A stretch of 64,000 bases of DNA from Elsinoe ampelina (Eukaryota), in the NCBI GenBank assembly GCA_010093995.1, contig ML992501.1, positions 1,987,320 to 2,051,319 on the forward strand, read 5' to 3'. Shown here piece after piece: positions 59,723 to 64,000 of the stretch. Position 1 is the first letter of the stretch, and each line of letters starts with the position of its first letter. The notes below the pieces were generated by a model. It had not been told where the DNA came from. It searched no databases and saw nothing but the letters and a program-made list of their open reading frames with translations. Both the position numbers and the translations under genes were made by a program.

Positions 59723-61453
59723 CTAGCCAGCAGACCCTGGCAGAGTGGTGGCGGGCACCGTGACCGGCGGAATGGCAGGATCGACATATGAGATCTCCGA
59801 GACCAGATCCTGGTTGGGAGAAAAGCCAATCTCTTTGAATGTAAAAGTCTGCCCGCCGGGGAAAACGAAATCCTGAATGGTACTGATTGGAAGATCGGCA
59901 AAAGAGGTTGCCACGAAGTTGTCGACCGAGTTTTTGATGTTGCCTGCGATTTCGTTCATGTTTGTGAAGAAATTGGCGAAAGAGCCTTCAGTGATGGCGA
60001 TCGAATTATCGGTGTTTGTCGTCACTGGCTGGCTGGATGTCAAACGGCCATTGGCGTCAATGCCTATTGTATACGTGTCTGTGATGGATTTGTCCACAAT
60101 GTTGCCGTCATCGTGTATGAAGGCCTCGGTGATCTTGACGTAAACCAATAGACTCTGTGTGGCAACGATGGTGTTACCACTGAAAGAAATCGACAGACTA
60201 TAGCTGGATCTCATGGTGATGGAGCCCAGCGCCCCACCTGCGCCAGCTTGATCGCTACCGCTTTGACTGTAGCTTAGTTGCAGGACGTTGTTGCCATTGC
60301 TCGGTCTCGTCACCGTAGGTACCTGATTGGGCGCAACCGTTCCCGAATACCATGTTGTAAGACCGTCCTGCCAACAGCGCACCTGAGGCAGGAGGCAGCA
60401 TCGCGATGCGTCATTGATAACTTCGTGGTAGATCCAATTGGCAAAAGTGTTGCGATTGATGGAAAGCACACCGTCATGGTCAGACATTTGTGAGGTGTCG
60501 ACCCAGTTCCACGAGAATGGTACAGCAGGTGGAAGCACATTTCCGTCGGTCGCGCAGAGATAACTCAGGGTTGCTGCATCTTGCTGATCAGAATTCGGGT
60601 ATGGCATGGCTTGCCCGTTGGTATCAACGTAGGGAGAGATCTCCATGTTCATGCTGGTCAGAGTCAAGCTAGCTGGTGCCTGCGAAGGGTGGTGCACGAC
60701 CGAGCACCCGAGCAAAGGCTGACCGTCTTTCTGCATCTGAGTGAAGTAGGCTCCGATGAAGTATTGTTCGAGAATGAGGTAGGTGGTTGTGCCCGGGGTA
60801 ACGCCGGTGATGGTAGGCACTGTTGACAACGTCGCATTAGATAAATCGAATAAAAGTTGTTGAATGCTAAACGCATTTGGTCCTAGGTTGGCGATCTGGT
60901 CTTGAACGTTCTTAGGAAGTGTCTTGAATTTTGTAGGGCTGACCAACGAGAGTCGGAGGTCCACCTTGGAACTGAAGATCCAAGGGTTGTTGGTCGGCTG
61001 AGCCTGGTGCACCCATGAGGGTGGACCGTAGCCAGAACCGGGATCAAGACGAACGACCTCGAATTCGGAGCACAACATGTTGAATTGCACAGCACTTGTG
61101 TCTTGTCCAAGTACTACGACGTCCGGGACTTTCGTGAGATCATCCATGGGCGGAATTCCCAGCTTTGCTCGAAAGGCCATCATGAACCTGGCTGAGAGGA
61201 GACGTTTGACTCGGTCATCACCTTGGACATTGGCTCCGTCCTCGATTGTGAATGGATCTGGTGCTCCAGTCGTGTTGATGAGGGTCTGATAGTCGATCGC
61301 CTGCGGCTCGCCTTTCGGATTGGCCACATAACAGACCGTGACCTCAGGCTCGGAACGTGACGACAAGAAGATGAGCATAGTTGCATTGATGCTTCTCTGG
61401 GTAGTGGCAACCACGAAGTCATAATTGTACTTTGCGGAAGAGAGGTTCGACAT
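59723..61453 (-). CDS. Intronless hypothetical protein (~576 aa) with an N-terminal YDFVVATTQxSIN motif
   Basis: Long uninterrupted ORF with likely start MSNLSSAKYNYDFVVATTQRSINATM, FSIQQLLFDL, a beta-rich composition, and end DFVFPGGQTFTFKEIGFSPNQDLVSEISY. Confidence 0.85.
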   Translation of the reverse strand: MSNLSSAKYNYDFVVATTQRSINATMLIFLSSRSEPEVTVCYVANPKGEPQAIDYQTLINTTGAPDPFTIEDGANVQGDDRVKRLLSARFMMAFRAKLGIPPMDDLTKVPDVVVLGQDTSAVQFNMLCSEFEVVRLDPGSGYGPPSWVHQAQPTNNPWIFSSKVDLRLSLVSPTKFKTLPKNVQDQIANLGPNAFSIQQLLFDLSNATLSTVPTITGVTPGTTTYLILEQYFIGAYFTQMQKDGQPLLGCSVVHHPSQAPASLTLTSMNMEISPYVDTNGQAMPYPNSDQQDAATLSYLCATDGNVLPPAVPFSWNWVDTSQMSDHDGVLSINRNTFANWIYHEVINDASRCCLLPQVRCWQDGLTTWYSGTVAPNQVPTVTRPSNGNNVLQLSYSQSGSDQAGAGGALGSITMRSSYSLSISFSGNTIVATQSLLVYVKITEAFIHDDGNIVDKSITDTYTIGIDANGRLTSSQPVTTNTDNSIAITEGSFANFFTNMNEIAGNIKNSVDNFVATSFADLPISTIQDFVFPGGQTFTFKEIGFSPNQDLVSEISYVDPAIPPVTVPATTLPGSAG

Positions 61454-62882
61454 TGTGGAATCCTTTGCAGTTATTGAACGATGATGATCTTCAGAGTACA
61501 ATGATGGTGAGCAATGGCCAGACTATCTGTAAGTCCTTGAAATTGCAGAGCAACTCAAGACTCGATGCAAGTACCCACAGAGAATATAAACCAGAGCTGC
61601 GCGTTAGTGTGACATCCTCGCCTCATTTACCTTTCGCTCCAAACCTGATCGCCCCTTTCACGCACACTTTCTTTTGTTCGCGATCAAAGTTTTCGCCTTT
61701 TGTGCATATCTGCACCATTGATACCGGCGGGCGGTGTGTACTAGAAAGGGGTTGCCTCTACAAGAGGCAACTGGATTTCATGCCGGGTCGGCTCGACTGA
61801 GGCTGTTTCGGGTGCTGATTGCAGACATGTGCAATTCGCAAAGCCTTTTGGATGTAGGAGAGTAACGCCATGCATGCTGTACTGCCAGTGTTGCGCCAAT
61901 CGCGAGCTACCGCTGATAGATCGTCGCTGCTTGGGCGAGGGGAAATACGGTCATCGAGGCGTAGAGATGCATCAATTCTCTCGATCCAAGCTGCTGCGCC
62001 TGACTTCCCTGTCGACGCATGCTCGTTGGTGGATGTCATGCATGCAGGAAGCCCAAGTGAAGTGAAATTTGAAGGTGCTTGCTTGCAGTACTGTACCATG
62101 CATTGTGATTTGTTGCTCGGGCCGCTCGCCACGGGCCTCCCCGATCCGTCTCAGCTCGCCACAATGGGACAATCCCCACGTTCGACTTTTCTTCTTCACC
62201 ATATCTTGACTCTTCCGTTCCTTCTCCCCGCACAGGATCCCATGTTCGTAAGGTCGCACAGCTATGTCGAAGGGCAGAAGCGTTCTGCAGGGGCTCCCGA
62301 AGACGACTACACCGCCGCTGGACTACTCAACTGTCCCCTTGTGCTTTTTCTGTCGCCCAGGACAGTATGACCCAACCTTACGGAAGCAGAAATGCGCCAT
62401 GACCCCGTCTCCGTGCTTGCACAGCAGCAACGACTTGGCATATCCGACGACCAGACCCGTCTCGCTTCTCACGACTGGCTAGTCCATGCGAGTGCTGGCT
62501 TGACCCACCCAGCAGCTTATCTGCACCTGTCAGGGATGATTGTGGTCAAATGAAGCTGTACTCTATCCAACACTCCATACCGTTGTAGCGAAATCAAGAC
62601 AGGTTCTGCTCCGTACAGATCCAAGCTCGGAAACTTTTCTCTTTCACGAACAAATGTGCTGTCAATCGGCGATTCACATGCGGCACGCAGATCTCTAGAC
62701 CATCTGTCGGCGTGAGAGCTCTGTCAGAGCGAGGCATCGACAGCACCTGCTTCTTACCTTGATCGACTGGGCGAACGATCGAACACGACAATGATGCTCC
62801 AGATAAATACCAGCTTCGGTCCTCGAGGTAAGTCTATTTGTGTAAAGATATCTCAAGTTTCCCTTGCCTCTCCTCTACGAAT

Positions 62883-64000
62883 ATGAATCTTTCCAGCCGG
62901 TCTGAGCTCATGAAGGGCCAGCGACATGCCACTATCATGTCGCCGGACAAAGCCTTCCAGACACTCGTCACCGAGACTGGTAGCTCTGTGTTCTTCTCCA
63001 TCGGAACCGACAATGCTTTCTACGTCACTCGTGAGACTGGCATCACAACGACGGGATGGTCTAGAATCGATCTTTCCAGTGCTCTGCCTGGCATCACCAC
63101 TGGAACCACCGTGACCGCAAAGACGTTCGCCGTAGCCCAGCAACAAAGCTTGTCAACCTTTCGCATCGTACTAGTGGTCACCATCGCTGGCTCTGACGCA
63201 TTGTTCGCAACAGAGGGGGATCTGGCTCGTATCGACAACTGGGTTGGAAACTTTACATGGACACAGATCCCTTTTGACGCTGCCGGAATCACACCGCCGA
63301 GCCCACTCGTCGTTGCAGACCTCGCTGTCATGGACTTATCCCACGGTACACAGGCTCCCACCTGTTTCATCGATATCCTTCGTGACGCATCCGATCCTCT
63401 GCAACTCCTTGACCGGTACTATATCAATCTGGATGCGGCCGTGAAGTGGGCACGACATACATTGGCCATCGACCTAAAATCTGGGTCCATATCCAATTTC
63501 TTAGGTCGTCGAACGAATGATCTTGTACCTGGGCTGTACACATTTGGCAAGATTCAAGATACGGTGGAACTGATTTTCACGCCACAAATGAATCCCTTCA
63601 AACCCTCCGCGCCGCCCAACGTTAGCCGGCTTACCCTTCCAAATGGATCCACGGCCATTGCAAGTGTTGCCAACCAGGATGGCACTACCCTGTTGTTAGT
63701 CGCTTCAGAAGATGGCATTTATCTGTTTACGCCGGACAATCAGCATGATGGTGCCATCGGGACCTTGATTATCTCCGCATTCACATTGGCCGGCCAAGAC
63801 ATAATTGGAGGTATCACCTCCATGTTTGCTAGTCAGATGTACGGCAAGACCGTCGTTTGCGCACTCAACTCTCAAGCCAGTCTTGTGCGAGCGAGCTGCG
63901 CAATAGGCTCGGAAGCTTCGCCGTCATCTTGGTCAACCCCAATACCGTTCTGTTTCGGTGTCGAGCAATTTACCTTTGCGCTCGACAACAGCAACGGCAA
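62883..64000 (+). CDS. Hypothetical beta-rich protein, 5' part only (>=372 aa, runs off the window)
   Basis: Hand translation MNLSSRSELMKG...SVFFSIGTDNAFYVTRE...GWSRIDLS...WTQIPFD...LDRYYI...LGRR...GLYTFG...WSTPIP has no stop to 64000. Absent from the ORF track; exact start uncertain. Confidence 0.85.
   Translation, partial: MNLSSRSELMKGQRHATIMSPDKAFQTLVTETGSSVFFSIGTDNAFYVTRETGITTTGWSRIDLSSALPGITTGTTVTAKTFAVAQQQSLSTFRIVLVVTIAGSDALFATEGDLARIDNWVGNFTWTQIPFDAAGITPPSPLVVADLAVMDLSHGTQAPTCFIDILRDASDPLQLLDRYYINLDAAVKWARHTLAIDLKSGSISNFLGRRTNDLVPGLYTFGKIQDTVELIFTPQMNPFKPSAPPNVSRLTLPNGSTAIASVANQDGTTLLLVASEDGIYLFTPDNQHDGAIGTLIISAFTLAGQDIIGGITSMFASQMYGKTVVCALNSQASLVRASCAIGSEASPSSWSTPIPFCFGVEQFTFALDNSNG

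Overview
Gene-dense, intron-containing filamentous-ascomycete DNA (Pezizomycotina; a Dothideomycete assignment is my inference only). About 27 protein-coding loci are supported, including an amino-acid permease, AA9 LPMO, VPS62, an SRPK-like kinase, a TFIIIC subunit, ADE2, RPL18, a mitochondrial carrier, two convergent MCT-type MFS genes, a Prx5 peroxiredoxin, a DIM-2-type DNA methyltransferase, an HSPA12-like Hsp70, usgS, formamidase fmdS, INP1, delta-8 sphingolipid desaturase, an FAD monooxygenase, an alpha carbonic anhydrase and a DHA1 transporter. A complete but RIP-destroyed pogo/Fot1-type transposon (42304-45127, 40-bp TIRs, TA duplication) sits between usgS and fmdS. Most notable candidates: (i) a head-to-head HSPA12-like Hsp70 plus GrpE/MIEAP-like coiled-coil gene pair; (ii) a head-to-head pair of intron-poor unknown genes at the right end, one with a P47/OrfX (TULIP)-like N-terminal motif; (iii) recurrent C-rich-to-G-rich strand-skew switches that ignore gene orientation; (iv) a pogo DNA-binding-domain gene without a DDE domain; (v) an apparent GT-GG intron in the desaturase. 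All family assignments are by motif recognition with no database search, and exon boundaries were read by hand.
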